DNA from: Nitrospinota bacterium
GTDB lineage: Bacteria > UBA8248
Direction: 5' to 3'
Length of the DNA stretch: 64,000 nucleotides
Assembly: GCA_046581755.1 (NCBI GenBank)
Contig: JAYGFR010000103.1
Coordinates: 16,869 to 80,868, forward strand
Both the position numbers and the translations under genes were made by a program. The notes below the pieces were generated by a model. It was not told the origin of the DNA, ran no database searches, and worked only from the letters and a program-made list of their open reading frames with translations. Position 1 is the stretch's first letter. Each line of letters starts with the position of its first letter. This document shows positions 50,854 to 61,110 of this stretch, one piece after another.

Positions 50854-53361
50854 ATGCTTCGAAATTTACTCTCCTTTCTCATCAAAATGGGCATCATCGC
50901 CGAGGCCATGGTCAAGCCCCGCGAACTGACCGGGTTCACGCGGGTGCTGGTCGCCGTCATCGCCGTATCGTTCTCCTATTTCTTCATCCATATCTCATTC
51001 TTCGGACCGCCCATTTCCGAGATTTTCAAGGGCACCTACATCCTCGCCACGGCGATCCTTTGCATCCTAATTTACAGGGGCCGCCAGATGCCCATCCGGG
51101 ATGGCTTCTCCTACTTGGACGAGATGTTCATCTTTCTCACCCACGTGACCATGTGCGCCTCCCTCCTGGTGTTGGTCCACTGGGGACTGTTCGATCGGAC
51201 CTTCCTGTGGGACAACTACAAGGGCCCGGGCGCAGCCGCCGCCGCCATCCTGGGGGCGATCCTCGGGGCAATCCTCTACTGGAAAGAGGCGACCCGGGAT
51301 GAAATTTCCGATGCTACTCTCCTCTCGGATTGGCTCTACCTCTTTTCCGCCATAGCGCCCATCGTTTGGTGGGTGGTCGAAAACGTGAATCTGGTCGAGC
51401 GGGTCGGCGGCCCGGTGCCCACCTCGATCGTCGTCTTCGCCGGCCTCCTGGTGGCCGTAAGCTTTGACATCGCCCGGCGTGTCATCGGACCCGTAATCCC
51501 GCTCATCGGCTTTTTCTTTCTGATTTACACTTTCAAGCCCATCGCCCAAATCTCGCCCGGGCTTTTCTTCCACGACGGCTTCGGGCTGGCCCGCGTGATG
51601 GAGTTTCTCATACTCGAGGCGGACGGCATCACCGGCCTCATCGTTGAAGTGTTCGCCACCTACATCGTCATCTTCGTCGTCCTGGGAGCGTTCCTCGAAA
51701 AAACCGGCCTCGGCGCCATTCTCATCGACACCACCTTCCGCCTCACGGGCCAGCGCACCGGGGGGCCGGCGATGACCGCCGTCATCTCGAGCGGCCTGTT
51801 CGGCATGATCTCGGGAAGCGGCGTGGCCAACGTCGTGACGACGGGAACCTTCACCATCCCGCTCATGAAGCGCGTGGGCTACGATTCCGAGTTCGCCGCC
51901 GCCGTCGAGGCGGCCGCCTCGACCGGCGGGGCCTACATGCCCCCGATCATGGCCGGGGCCGCCTTTCTGATCGCCCAGCTCACCGAGACCAGCTATTTCG
52001 AAATCATCAAGATCGCCCTCCTGCCGGCAATCCTCTACTACCTTTCCCTGCTCTACCTGGTGTATATCCGCGCCGTCCGCAGGGGGCTGCTCGGCGTCTC
52101 GGTAGACGAACTTCCCTCGTGGGCAGCCATCCTGCCGCGCATTCATTTCCTGGTGCCCATCCCTTTCATGGTCTACTACCTCATGATCGGTGATTCGGCC
52201 TTTCTCGCGGCCTTCAAGACCATCTGCTTGATCCTCATGATCAAGGCCTCCGATTTACTGAACGGAATCCGGACCCCCTGGTCCGGACGGACCTGGCAGC
52301 CGTTCCTTGGCCTTTCGATCCTCTTTGGGGTACTCGCCTACTATTTCGGGCTCCGGGTGGGCGCGCCGTTTTCCTGGTTCGCCGATAACCTGCGGGGGCT
52401 CAACATAGGCGATGGCATCATCTGGACCGTGGCGGGATACATTGCCCTCAAGATCGGGGAAATCCTCCTGGCCGGATTCCGCAGTCCCCCGGCGGCCGGC
52501 GCCTCTCCCTCGCCGCAGCCGGTCGGGGAAGGCGAGCCGCAGGCCGAATCGGGCGGCGCGCTCTTCTCCAGCCTGGGGGATGCTTTCGTCGAACTGGTCA
52601 AGGTGACCTGGATCTCTCTCGAGTCGGGGGCGCGGAACACCCTCGTCGTCGGGTGCATCGCCTGCGTGCTCGGAATTTTGCTCTCGTGCGCCTCCCAAAG
52701 CGATCTCACGGGGCGGATTTCCATCCTGCTCACCGATTTCAGCTTCGGCCTTTTGCCGCTCACGATCATGTGGGTCATCATCGCGGGCTACGTCGTGGGC
52801 ATGGGTCTCCCCATCACGGCGAGCTATGTCGTACTTGTCATCTTCGGGGTCATCTCCCTGACGAACCTGGGCGTCCCCACCCTCACCGCCCATCTCATCT
52901 GCTTCTGGGTCGCGGTGGTGAGCGCAGTGACGCCCCCGGTGGCGCTGGCGGCCTACGCGGCGAGCGCCATCGCCCTCTCGGACCCGGTGAAAACCGGCTT
53001 CCAGGCGCTCAAGCTGGCTTCGTGGATTTTCATCATGCCCTTCCTGTTCGTCTATACGCCCATCCTTCTCACGGGCACGACGACGCAAGTCACGATAACG
53101 TTTATCGCCTGTTTGCTGGGCATACTCGGCTGGGCTGGATGGCTCGAGGGGTTTTTCCTCAAACCGACGACGGGCACGGAGCGAATGCTTCTCCTCGGAT
53201 CGGCCCTCTGCCTGCTCATGCCCGTGGGGCAATTCGCTGCTTTCGCCTTCTCGCTCAAGGGAACCTTCATCTACCCATCCTACGTCATGGGCGCCCTGCT
53301 GTTGGTGCTGACCTTTATCATGCAGCGCGGACGCGGAGAGGTGGTTTCCCAGACGGCCTGA
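50854..53361 (+). CDS. TRAP transporter fused permease subunit (TAXI-associated)
   Basis: This 835-aa polytopic membrane protein is typical of fused DctQ/DctM-like TAXI-TRAP permeases. Confidence 0.85.
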   Translation: MLRNLLSFLIKMGIIAEAMVKPRELTGFTRVLVAVIAVSFSYFFIHISFFGPPISEIFKGTYILATAILCILIYRGRQMPIRDGFSYLDEMFIFLTHVTMCASLLVLVHWGLFDRTFLWDNYKGPGAAAAAILGAILGAILYWKEATRDEISDATLLSDWLYLFSAIAPIVWWVVENVNLVERVGGPVPTSIVVFAGLLVAVSFDIARRVIGPVIPLIGFFFLIYTFKPIAQISPGLFFHDGFGLARVMEFLILEADGITGLIVEVFATYIVIFVVLGAFLEKTGLGAILIDTTFRLTGQRTGGPAMTAVISSGLFGMISGSGVANVVTTGTFTIPLMKRVGYDSEFAAAVEAAASTGGAYMPPIMAGAAFLIAQLTETSYFEIIKIALLPAILYYLSLLYLVYIRAVRRGLLGVSVDELPSWAAILPRIHFLVPIPFMVYYLMIGDSAFLAAFKTICLILMIKASDLLNGIRTPWSGRTWQPFLGLSILFGVLAYYFGLRVGAPFSWFADNLRGLNIGDGIIWTVAGYIALKIGEILLAGFRSPPAAGASPSPQPVGEGEPQAESGGALFSSLGDAFVELVKVTWISLESGARNTLVVGCIACVLGILLSCASQSDLTGRISILLTDFSFGLLPLTIMWVIIAGYVVGMGLPITASYVVLVIFGVISLTNLGVPTLTAHLICFWVAVVSAVTPPVALAAYAASAIALSDPVKTGFQALKLASWIFIMPFLFVYTPILLTGTTTQVTITFIACLLGILGWAGWLEGFFLKPTTGTERMLLLGSALCLLMPVGQFAAFAFSLKGTFIYPSYVMGALLLVLTFIMQRGRGEVVSQTA

Positions 53362-53382
53362 GCGCACATCAGGAGACCGATC

Positions 53383-54048
53383 ATGACCCCCAAGCCACCT
53401 CCCCTCCGGCGCGTCCAGCACATCGGCATCAAGGTCCACGATCTGGACGAGGCCGAGGCCTTCTACCGGGACGTCTTGGGCTAGCGCGTGTCCGACCGCT
53501 ACGAGCCCGGCGACAATCCGCACAGCCTCTGGGGCATCTGCTTCATGCGGAGCGCGGAGCTTCATCACGAACTCTCCCTCCTCCACTACGTCCCCGAGTC
53601 GGGGCCGTTCGAGAAAATCGATGCCCTGCGCACCCCCGGCGTCGGCCTCCACCACATCGCCTTCGATGCCGGGTCCAAGGAAGCCTTCGAGGCCTGGGAG
53701 GAATACATCCGCTTCCTCGGAATCGAGATCTTCCACGGTCCCCGGGTCCACAGCCCGACCCATCCCGAGGGGGACGGGACCCTGGGCGAGAACCGGGCGT
53801 TCTACTTTCACGACCCTTCCGGGAACGGCATCGAAATTTTCACCGATCTGGCCCCGATGGACGAGGACACGAACCGCGTCAACGAGGCCTGGTTCCGCGA
53901 CCGCCTCGAACGGGACGGCTACGAACGCGGCTCCGCCGATCCGCCGCCCGCCGCCCGCCTGGAAACCCGGCGTATCGAGCATGGCGGGCGCGCACGAAAA
54001 ATTCGGGAACAAAAAATCCTGGTAAATTTCATGGAGACTTTCGAATGA
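53383..54048 (+). pseudogene. VOC (glyoxalase / extradiol dioxygenase) family gene interrupted by an in-frame TAG at 53482-53484
   Basis: An AGGAGA ribosome-binding site precedes ATG 53383. The N-terminal segment MTPKPPPLRRVQHIGIKVHDLDEAEAFYRDVLG is followed by TAG, then in the same frame RVSDRYEPGDNPHSLWGICF...GLHHIAFDAG...NGIEIFTD. The N-terminal part carries the first metal-ligand His of the VOC fold. Confidence 0.7.
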
Positions 54049-55001
54049 CCCACCGCATTGTGGCGGTCGATCCGAGGTGGAAAAACCCCGGCCGCCAGAA
54101 ATTCCTGACCGACCATCTGCCGGATGGATACGAACTGATCATCCCCGAATCCTTCGAGCCTGAAGACCTCCGCCGGGAGCTGGAATCGACCGCCGCCCTC
54201 GTCACCGGCCTTGGCGATATCACCGAGGAGATGATGCGCGCCGCGCCGAACCTCCGCGTGGTCGGCAAGGCGGGAACCGGGGTGGACTCCATCGATGTCG
54301 CCGCGGCGACGGCCATGAAGATTCCGGTGGCGCACACCCCAGGCTGGATGCGCGCGACGCCGGTGGCCGAGCACGCCCTCACCCTTATGCTCATGCTCGC
54401 TCGGAAACCCTGGCTCTGGCGAGGAAAGGAGCGTCCACCCCTGCACACGCAGCTATCGGAGTGCTCGGCCGGGATCGTGGGGCTGGGGAACATCGGCCAG
54501 CGCATCGCCGCCCGCTGCGCCGGGTTTGACATGGAGGTGCTCGCCTATACGAGGACGAAAGGAAAGTTCCAGCCCGAGGGATTTTCGGTCGAGGAGACCG
54601 GCTCGCTCGAAGAACTCCTGGGCCGGGCAGACTACGTCGTCCTCTCCCTCCCCCTCAACGAGGAGACGCGCGGAATCATCGGCGCGGGCGAACTGGGCCT
54701 GATGAAGCCCACGGCGTTCCTCATCAACGTCTCGCGGGGTAGCCACATCGTGACGGACGCCCTCGTCGCCGCTCTCCAAAACGGAGAGATCGCCGGCGCC
54801 GGCCTCGACGTGATCGAGCCCGATCCGCTTCCCGGGGACCATCCCATTCTCGAACTGGATAACGTTGCCATATCGCCCCATTGCGCCGCCCAGACCCAAA
54901 GCACACAGGATCAGAGCTACCGCCTCCTCGCCGAGAGCATCCGCCTCGCGGTCGAGGGCGAGCGCGTCGAAGCCCTCGTCAACCCGGAAATATACGGCTG
55001 A
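54045..55001 (+). CDS. D-isomer-specific 2-hydroxyacid dehydrogenase (PGDH-like)
   Basis: The sequence reads MTHRIVAVDPRW...GIVGLGNIGQRIAARCAGFDMEVLAY...LINVSRGSHIVTDALVAALQNGEIAGAGLDV. Its ATG overlaps the stop of the VOC gene. Confidence 0.85.
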   Translation: MTHRIVAVDPRWKNPGRQKFLTDHLPDGYELIIPESFEPEDLRRELESTAALVTGLGDITEEMMRAAPNLRVVGKAGTGVDSIDVAAATAMKIPVAHTPGWMRATPVAEHALTLMLMLARKPWLWRGKERPPLHTQLSECSAGIVGLGNIGQRIAARCAGFDMEVLAYTRTKGKFQPEGFSVEETGSLEELLGRADYVVLSLPLNEETRGIIGAGELGLMKPTAFLINVSRGSHIVTDALVAALQNGEIAGAGLDVIEPDPLPGDHPILELDNVAISPHCAAQTQSTQDQSYRLLAESIRLAVEGERVEALVNPEIYG

Positions 55002-55164
55002 CCGGCCGCCGCGCGGCGGAGGGCGTCATCTTCCTCGTCAATCCCCGGGCGGGGGGCGGGCCGCCCGACCGGACGCCCCCATTCGCCCGTGCTATAATTT
55101 TCCCACGGGAAAATTTGGCCACCCACCCGTGCCGCCGAGGCACACCCAAGGGAAGGATTTCCTG

Positions 55165-56298
55165 ATGCCGGATGATGTGATCCGCGGGCTTGAAGGCATC
55201 GTCGCCGTGGAGACCTCGATCTGCGACCTGGACGGCGAGGGCGGGCGCCTGGCCTACCGGGGTTACGACGTGCCGGATATGGCCCGGCGGGGCGTGACCT
55301 ACGAGGAGATCGTCTATCTCCTCCTGAACGGCGAGCTTCCGGACCACGCCGCCCTCAAGGCCTTCAGCGCCGAGCTCATCGCCGAGCGAAAGCTCCCCGG
55401 TGATTTGCTGCGCGTGATCAAGCTTATCCCGCCGGCGGCCCACCGCATGGCCGCCCTCCGGGGAGCGGTGGGGATGCTGGGCCTCTACGATCCCGAGGCC
55501 GAGGACACATCCCCAGAAGCGAACCGCCGCAAGGCTGTCCGCCTCATCGCCCGGATGCCGGTCGTCGCGGCGGCCATCCACCGGGCCGGCGAGGGAGAGA
55601 AACCCCTCTCTCCCCGCAAGGGGCTGGGCCATGCCGCGAACTTTCTCCACATGGTCTTCGGCGAAAAACCCCATAAAGCGGACGTAAAGGCCCTCGACGC
55701 CAGCCTCGTCCTCTACGCCGAACACGAGATCAACGCCTCGACCTTCACGGGGCGGGTCGTCGCCTCCACCCTCTCGGACATTTACTCGGCGGTCACGGCG
55801 GCGATCGGCTCCCTCAAGGGACCCCTCCACGGCGGGGCCGGACTCGCCGTCATGGAAACCCTCGAGGAAATTGGCGAGGCCGAAAACGCGGAACCCTTCC
55901 TCGAGAAGGCGCTGGCCGAAAAGCGCCTCCTCATGGGCTTTGGCCACCGCGTCTACTACCGGAGCGGCGATCCGCGCGCCGCCGTTCTGATGGGCATCGC
56001 CGAGGAGACCTGCCGCCGCCGGGGGGCGGACAAATGGTTCGACATCGCGCGCGCCCTCGACCAGGGCGTGCAGAGCCGCAAGGGGATCATCCCGAACGTC
56101 GATTTCTATTCGGCTCCGCTCTGGCGCGGCCTCGGGCTGCCCACCGGCCTGTTTGTGCCCATCATCGCGATCTCCCGCGTGGCGGGATGGTGCGCCAACA
56201 TCCTCGAACAACAGGGCGATAACCGCCTCATCCGGCCCCGCGCCCGCTACACGGGCGCACCGAAGCGGGCCTATAAATCCCTCCGGGGAAGGCGCTAG
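55165..56298 (+). CDS. citrate synthase family protein (citrate / 2-methylcitrate synthase-like)
   Basis: The sequence reads MPDDVIRGLEGIVAVETSICDLDGEGGRLAYRGYDV...LYAEHEINASTF...GFGHRVYYRSGDPRA...DFYSAPL. Confidence 0.85.
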   Translation: MPDDVIRGLEGIVAVETSICDLDGEGGRLAYRGYDVPDMARRGVTYEEIVYLLLNGELPDHAALKAFSAELIAERKLPGDLLRVIKLIPPAAHRMAALRGAVGMLGLYDPEAEDTSPEANRRKAVRLIARMPVVAAAIHRAGEGEKPLSPRKGLGHAANFLHMVFGEKPHKADVKALDASLVLYAEHEINASTFTGRVVASTLSDIYSAVTAAIGSLKGPLHGGAGLAVMETLEEIGEAENAEPFLEKALAEKRLLMGFGHRVYYRSGDPRAAVLMGIAEETCRRRGADKWFDIARALDQGVQSRKGIIPNVDFYSAPLWRGLGLPTGLFVPIIAISRVAGWCANILEQQGDNRLIRPRARYTGAPKRAYKSLRGRR

Positions 56299-56302
56299 GG
56301 CG

Positions 56303-58228
56303 ATGGCCAAAAGTCTCGCGCAACTGCTCATCGACGAGCACCTGGTCTCGGGCGATGGCGGCCGCGTCGGGGCCGAGATTGAGATTCGCGCGGATCAGGT
56401 GCTTTTGCAGGACGCCTCGGGCCCGATGGCCCTGCTCCAGTTCGAGGCGATGGGGATGACGCGCGTCGCCCAGAAGACAGCCGTCATGTACGCTGACCAC
56501 CAGACCCTTCAGATGGACTATCTCCACACCGAGGGGCACCGTTTTCTGCTCGGTTTTTGCCAGAAATACGGCATCCACTTCTCCAAACCCGGCAACGGAA
56601 TCTGCCACAACGTTCATCTGGAAACCTATGCCGTCCCGGGCGAGAGCCTGGCCGGCACCGACAGCCACACCCCCCAGGCCGGCGCGGCCGGAATGCTCGC
56701 CATCGGCGCGGGGGGGATCGACGTGGCCGTCGCCATGGGCGGGGGCACCCTCATTCTCCCCCGCCCAGAAATCATCGAGGTCCACCTGAGTGGAAAGCTC
56801 GGCCCCTGGCGCTCGGCGAAGGACGTCATCCTCGAACTTCTGCGGCGCCTCACGGGCCAGGGCGGGGTGGGCAAACTCTTCGAGTACACCGGCCCCGGGG
56901 TGGAGACGCTGAGCGTGCCCGAGCGCTCGACCATCGCCAACATGGGGACCGAGCTGGGCCTGACCAGCTCTCTTTTTCCGAGCGACGAGCGGACGTGGGA
57001 GTTTTTCGGGCGGATGAACCGGCCCGGCGACTGGCGGGCGCTCTCGGCGGACCGGGACGCCGCCTACGACGGCCGGATCGAACTCGACCTCTCCCGCATC
57101 GAGCCGCTCATCGCCCTGCCCTCGAACCCGGACAAGGTGGTCCCGGTGAGCGAGGTGGCCGGAACCCCGATCGAGCAGGTCATCGCCGGAAGCTGCACGA
57201 ACGGGTCCTACACCGACATCGCCTCCTTCGCCCAAATCATGCGGGGGCGCAAGGTGGCCCCCGGGGTGGATGCCATCGTTTTTCCGGGAAGCCGCCAGGC
57301 GTTCGAGGAGTTGGCCCGCGAGGGGCACATCGCCGACCTGCTCGCCGCCGGGGTCCTCGTGTCGGAGGCCACCTGCGGCTCCTGCCCCGGCTACGGCCAC
57401 ATCCCCGCGCCGGGGACGAAATCCCTCCGCACCTTCAGCCGGAATTTCAAGGGCCGCTCCGGCCTCACGGAGGACGCCGTTTATATATGTGGCACCGAGA
57501 CGGCCGCCCTCTCCGCCATCCATGGGGTCATCACCGCCCCCCCCGGCGACTTGAAACCGCCCGAGGTTCTTCTCCCCCACCGGTTCGCCGCGGACGGGGC
57601 GGGAATCGTGCCGCCCTCGGCCGAGCCCGAGCGGATCGAACTCCTCCAGAGCCCCAACATCGTGCCCATCCCGGCGGGAGAGCCCTTCGGGGATGCCTAC
57701 GAGGGAGAGATCCTCATCAAGCTGGGCGATTCGGTCTCGACCGACACCATCATCCCCGCTGGCGTCGAGGCAATCACCTACCGAACGAACGCGCCCGCCC
57801 TTTCGGAGTTCCTCTTCCGGAGGATCGACCCGGAGTTCGCCGGCCGCGCGCGCGCGGCGGGCGGGGGGATCATCCTGGGGGGCGACCTCTACGGCCAGGG
57901 CTCGGCCCGGGAGCAGGCCGCGCTTTGCCCCATGTGCCTGGGCGTGCGGGCCGTGGTGGCGAAGTCCTTCGCCCGGATCCACCGCGCGAACCTGATCAAC
58001 TGGGGCATCCTCCCGCTCGAACTCGCCGACCCCGGCGAATGGGACCGCCTCGAGCAGGGCCACCGCCTCCGCCTCTCCGGCATCCCGGAGGGGCTTTCCC
58101 AAAACCGCCTGGCGGTGGAGAATCGGACCATCGGATCGCGCTTCGAGGTGACGTGCGCGCTCACCGCGCGCGAGCGGAGCATCCTTCTCGCAGGAGGGGT
58201 CCTCGCCCATACCAAAGCCAGGGCTTGA
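56303..58228 (+). CDS. aconitase-family hydro-lyase, fused catalytic + swivel domains (LeuC/LeuD-like fusion)
   Basis: The sequence begins MAKSLAQLLIDEHLVSGDGGRVGAEIEIRADQVLLQDASGPMALLQFEAMG, reminiscent of LeuC/HACN. It contains the three-cysteine cluster region (GSCTNGSYTDI, VSEATCGSCPG) and a C-terminal swivel domain, in an uninterrupted ORF of about 640 aa. Confidence 0.8.
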   Translation: MAKSLAQLLIDEHLVSGDGGRVGAEIEIRADQVLLQDASGPMALLQFEAMGMTRVAQKTAVMYADHQTLQMDYLHTEGHRFLLGFCQKYGIHFSKPGNGICHNVHLETYAVPGESLAGTDSHTPQAGAAGMLAIGAGGIDVAVAMGGGTLILPRPEIIEVHLSGKLGPWRSAKDVILELLRRLTGQGGVGKLFEYTGPGVETLSVPERSTIANMGTELGLTSSLFPSDERTWEFFGRMNRPGDWRALSADRDAAYDGRIELDLSRIEPLIALPSNPDKVVPVSEVAGTPIEQVIAGSCTNGSYTDIASFAQIMRGRKVAPGVDAIVFPGSRQAFEELAREGHIADLLAAGVLVSEATCGSCPGYGHIPAPGTKSLRTFSRNFKGRSGLTEDAVYICGTETAALSAIHGVITAPPGDLKPPEVLLPHRFAADGAGIVPPSAEPERIELLQSPNIVPIPAGEPFGDAYEGEILIKLGDSVSTDTIIPAGVEAITYRTNAPALSEFLFRRIDPEFAGRARAAGGGIILGGDLYGQGSAREQAALCPMCLGVRAVVAKSFARIHRANLINWGILPLELADPGEWDRLEQGHRLRLSGIPEGLSQNRLAVENRTIGSRFEVTCALTARERSILLAGGVLAHTKARA

Positions 58229-58235
58229 AACCGAA

Positions 58236-59414
58236 ATGAGCCAGCGAAAAATTTCAGCCGTTTTCTACCGGGGCGGCACCAGCCGCGCCATCTTTTTCAA
58301 CGCCAAGGACATCACCGAGGACCCGGAGACGCGGACCGCGATATTCCTCCGCGCCATGGGAAGTCCGGACCCCAACGGCCGCCAGCTCGACGGCCTCGGC
58401 GGCGGCATCTCCTCCCTCAGCAAGGCCGCCGTCATCGGCCCCTCCACCCGCCCGGACGCCGACGTGGATTTCACCTTCGCCCAGGTGAGCGTGGATACCC
58501 CCTTCGTGGATTACGGGGGCAACTGCGGAAACATGTCGAGCGCGGTGGGGCTCTTCGCGGTCGAGGAAGGGCTCGTCCCCCCGCCGCCGGACGGGGAGGC
58601 CACCGTCCGCATCCACAACACGAACACCAACAAGATCGTCATCTCCAAATTCCGGGTCGAGGGCGGCATTCCCGCGGTCGAGGGGGACTACGCGCTTCCG
58701 GGCGTGGCCGGAACTGGCTCGCGCATCACGCTCGAATTCACCGATCCCGGAGGCGCCTCGACGGGAAAGCTTCTCCCCACCGGGAGGCGGGTCGATGAAT
58801 TCGATATCGAGGGAATCGGAAGGATCGAGGCCAGCCTCGTCGATGCGGCCACCCCCGCCGTTTTCGTCCGGGCCAAGGACATCGGCCTTTTGGGGACCGA
58901 ATCCCCCGGGGCCATCGACGCCCAGCGGACGATTATGGTGAATCTGGAGCAGATCCGGGCCGAGGCCACTGTCCGGATGGGTATATCGCCCGACACCCGG
59001 GCGGCTTCGGAGTCCTCCCCCCTGGTTCCGAAAATGGCCATAGTCTCGCCCCCGGCGGAATACTTCGACCTCACGGGGGCGCCCGTTCCCGCCGACTCGT
59101 TCGACATCCTGAGCCGGATGCTCTCGATGGGAAAAACCCACCGCGCCTATCCGCTGACGGGGGCGATGTGCCTCGCCGTGGCCGCCCGCATACCGGGCAC
59201 AATTGCGCACGAGGCCGCGCGTCCCGGCGGAGGGGACCTTCGTCTCGGGCACTCGTCCGGGGTCCAACCCATCGGGGCCGTCGTGACCCAGGACCCGGAA
59301 GGGCCCCGGGCCGAGAAGGTCATCGTCTACCGCACCGCCCGCCGCCTGATGGAAGGCTCGGTCCTCATTCCCGCCAGCGTATTTGAGGCTGAGGCGCAAA
59401 CCGCCCCGGCCTAG
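58236..59414 (+). CDS. prpF: PrpF / AcnD-accessory family isomerase (2-methylaconitate cis-trans isomerase-like)
   Basis: The N-terminus MSQRKISAVFYRGGTSRAIFFNAKDI is the characteristic PrpF / DUF453 start. The protein is 392 aa, with the GGNCGNMSSAVG segment. Confidence 0.85.
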   Translation: MSQRKISAVFYRGGTSRAIFFNAKDITEDPETRTAIFLRAMGSPDPNGRQLDGLGGGISSLSKAAVIGPSTRPDADVDFTFAQVSVDTPFVDYGGNCGNMSSAVGLFAVEEGLVPPPPDGEATVRIHNTNTNKIVISKFRVEGGIPAVEGDYALPGVAGTGSRITLEFTDPGGASTGKLLPTGRRVDEFDIEGIGRIEASLVDAATPAVFVRAKDIGLLGTESPGAIDAQRTIMVNLEQIRAEATVRMGISPDTRAASESSPLVPKMAIVSPPAEYFDLTGAPVPADSFDILSRMLSMGKTHRAYPLTGAMCLAVAARIPGTIAHEAARPGGGDLRLGHSSGVQPIGAVVTQDPEGPRAEKVIVYRTARRLMEGSVLIPASVFEAEAQTAPA

Positions 59415-59484
59415 ATTGGCTTCCAGGCGCGCGCCTCGGGCGGAGCGCCCCGGGCGGCCTCCGCCGGCGAAAGAGACCCAAAAA

Positions 59485-60333
59485 GTGGGCAACCAGCCCT
59501 CGATCCAGGAAATTCAGGGATTCTACGATGTGGTGTCCCCCCTCTACCGGGATCTGTGGGCCGGCCACATCCACCATGGCTACTACCCCTCCGGCCGCGA
59601 AACAAAAGAAGAGGCCACCGAGGGCCTCATCCAATTTCTCGCCGACGCCTCCTCCCTGAAACCCGGCGCCAAGGTTCTCGACGTCGGATGCGGAATCGGC
59701 GGAACGTCGATCTGGCTGAGCCAAAATTTCGGCTGCAAGGTGACCGGAATCACCATCAGCCCGGCGCAAAGGAAAATGGCGGAAGAGGCGGCCTCCAGCC
59801 TCGACCGGAAACCCGAATTTCTGCTCATGGACGCCAACCGCATGACCCTGACCGGAACCTTCGACGCGGTTTGGACCGTCGAGGTGCTCGCCCACCTGGG
59901 CGATCACCTGAGTTTTTTCCGAAAGTGCCACGCGCTTTTGAACCCCGGCGGAAGGATTTGCATCGCCGCCTGGCTCAAGGCGGACAATCTGACAGCGCGG
60001 GAGGAGGCGGAGATTATCCGGCCCATCGAGGAGGGAATGTTCTGCGCGCTATCGACCTCCGAAAAATACCTGAAGCTCCTCGATGAATCCCGTTTCAAGC
60101 TGGTGCGCTTCGAGGACATCAGCCCCCGGGTGAAGCAAACATGGGATATCGGCCTGAAAATTATAAGGGATAAGGCCGTGTGGGCGTTCGCCGCCCGCCA
60201 CGGGATGGAATTCCTGAGACACCTCCGGGGATTTCGAAGGATGAAGCGGGGTTTCGAGGAAAAAAAATTCGTCTACGGGATTCTGATCGCCGAAAAAATC
60301 CAGCCGCCGCTCGATCTAATTTCCTCTGATTGA
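59485..60333 (+). CDS. class I SAM-dependent methyltransferase (tocopherol-MT / natural-product-MT-like HHGYY type)
   Basis: A GTG start is proposed. The sequence reads IQEIQGFYDVVSPLYRDLWAGHIHHGYY...VLDVGCGIGGTSIWLSQ...LLNPGGRICIAAW. Confidence 0.75.
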   Translation: MGNQPSIQEIQGFYDVVSPLYRDLWAGHIHHGYYPSGRETKEEATEGLIQFLADASSLKPGAKVLDVGCGIGGTSIWLSQNFGCKVTGITISPAQRKMAEEAASSLDRKPEFLLMDANRMTLTGTFDAVWTVEVLAHLGDHLSFFRKCHALLNPGGRICIAAWLKADNLTAREEAEIIRPIEEGMFCALSTSEKYLKLLDESRFKLVRFEDISPRVKQTWDIGLKIIRDKAVWAFAARHGMEFLRHLRGFRRMKRGFEEKKFVYGILIAEKIQPPLDLISSD

Positions 60334-60463
60334 AAACCCTGTTCATGGCGCCCGGGCGGCCCGGCGCCCGACCGTCACCAGCCAAACGCCCGCTATCGTC
60401 AGCGCCCCTCCCGCGAGGAGGCCCCCGCTAAATGGCGCGCCCTTCGGTGAATGGTTTTTCCGC

Positions 60464-60878
60464 TCAACTGGGCCCGCCGCCGATACGCACCCGCTCGCAC
60501 AACTCGATGCGCACGTTGCCCGGCCCGCGGATAAATGCGATCGCCCGGCCCCCGATGCCGGTCCGCTGGGGGGGCGTCCAGGACCTCCGCCCCGCGCGAG
60601 GCCAGCCAGGCCACGGCGGCATCCACGTCCTCGACGGCGAAGCCCACATGGTCCAGCCCCTCGACGAGCCGGGGGGCGCGCGCATCGGGCGCATCTCCCT
60701 CGCGCATCCCCCTGATCCGCAGTGTCCCGCCGCCGAGCCGGAAAATCGCGTAGGCCGCCCCTTTATGGTCGTCGATGTACTCCACGGCCTCCATCCCGAA
60801 TACGCACTCGAAATACCCGGTCAGCGCGCGGACGTCGCTAACCAAAAAATGGACGTGATCGAAGCCGAACTCCATCGC
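60464..60878 (-). pseudogene. VOC-family (glyoxalase-like) gene with a frameshift inside a G7 (C7 on the coding strand) homopolymer at 60566-60572
   Basis: Frame A reads MEFGFDHVHFLVSDVRAL...LDHVGFAVEDVDAAVAWLASRGAEVLDAPP, then shifts. Frame B continues QRTGIGGRAIAFIRGPGNVRIELCE, the canonical VOC C-terminus. Adding one C to the homopolymer restores DAPPQRTG. Confidence 0.6.
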
Positions 60879-61110
60879 GGTTTCTCCACAAAAATAAACG
60901 CGGCACAAAAACGGAAGCGGCGCCATGAATGTATTTTGGACCGGCACCCCCGGCGGCGGCGTGGACGCCCCGGGCCGGCCCCCGGGCGAAATCTCCAGGA
61001 CAATTTTCATTTCGGTCCGGCCATAGTACGCTGAAAATCATCATCATCAAAACCAGTTCGTTTATCGTTGGAAATTCGTCTCTTTTTGACCCGCAATGAA
61101 AGGAACCGGC

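Noticed and set aside
53482-53484. Pyrrolysine (amber) decoding in the VOC gene
   Set aside because: There is no pyl gene context, VOC proteins are not known Pyl proteins, and TAG is a single substitution away from TAC/CAG/TGG.
52255-55001. Long ORFs 52255-54012 (-) and 52653-55001 (+, 782 aa)
   Set aside because: Only the last ~318 codons of the + ORF (from ATG 54045) are a real 2-hydroxyacid dehydrogenase. The rest is a read-through frame overlapping the TRAP permease and VOC genes. The minus ORF is antisense low-complexity.
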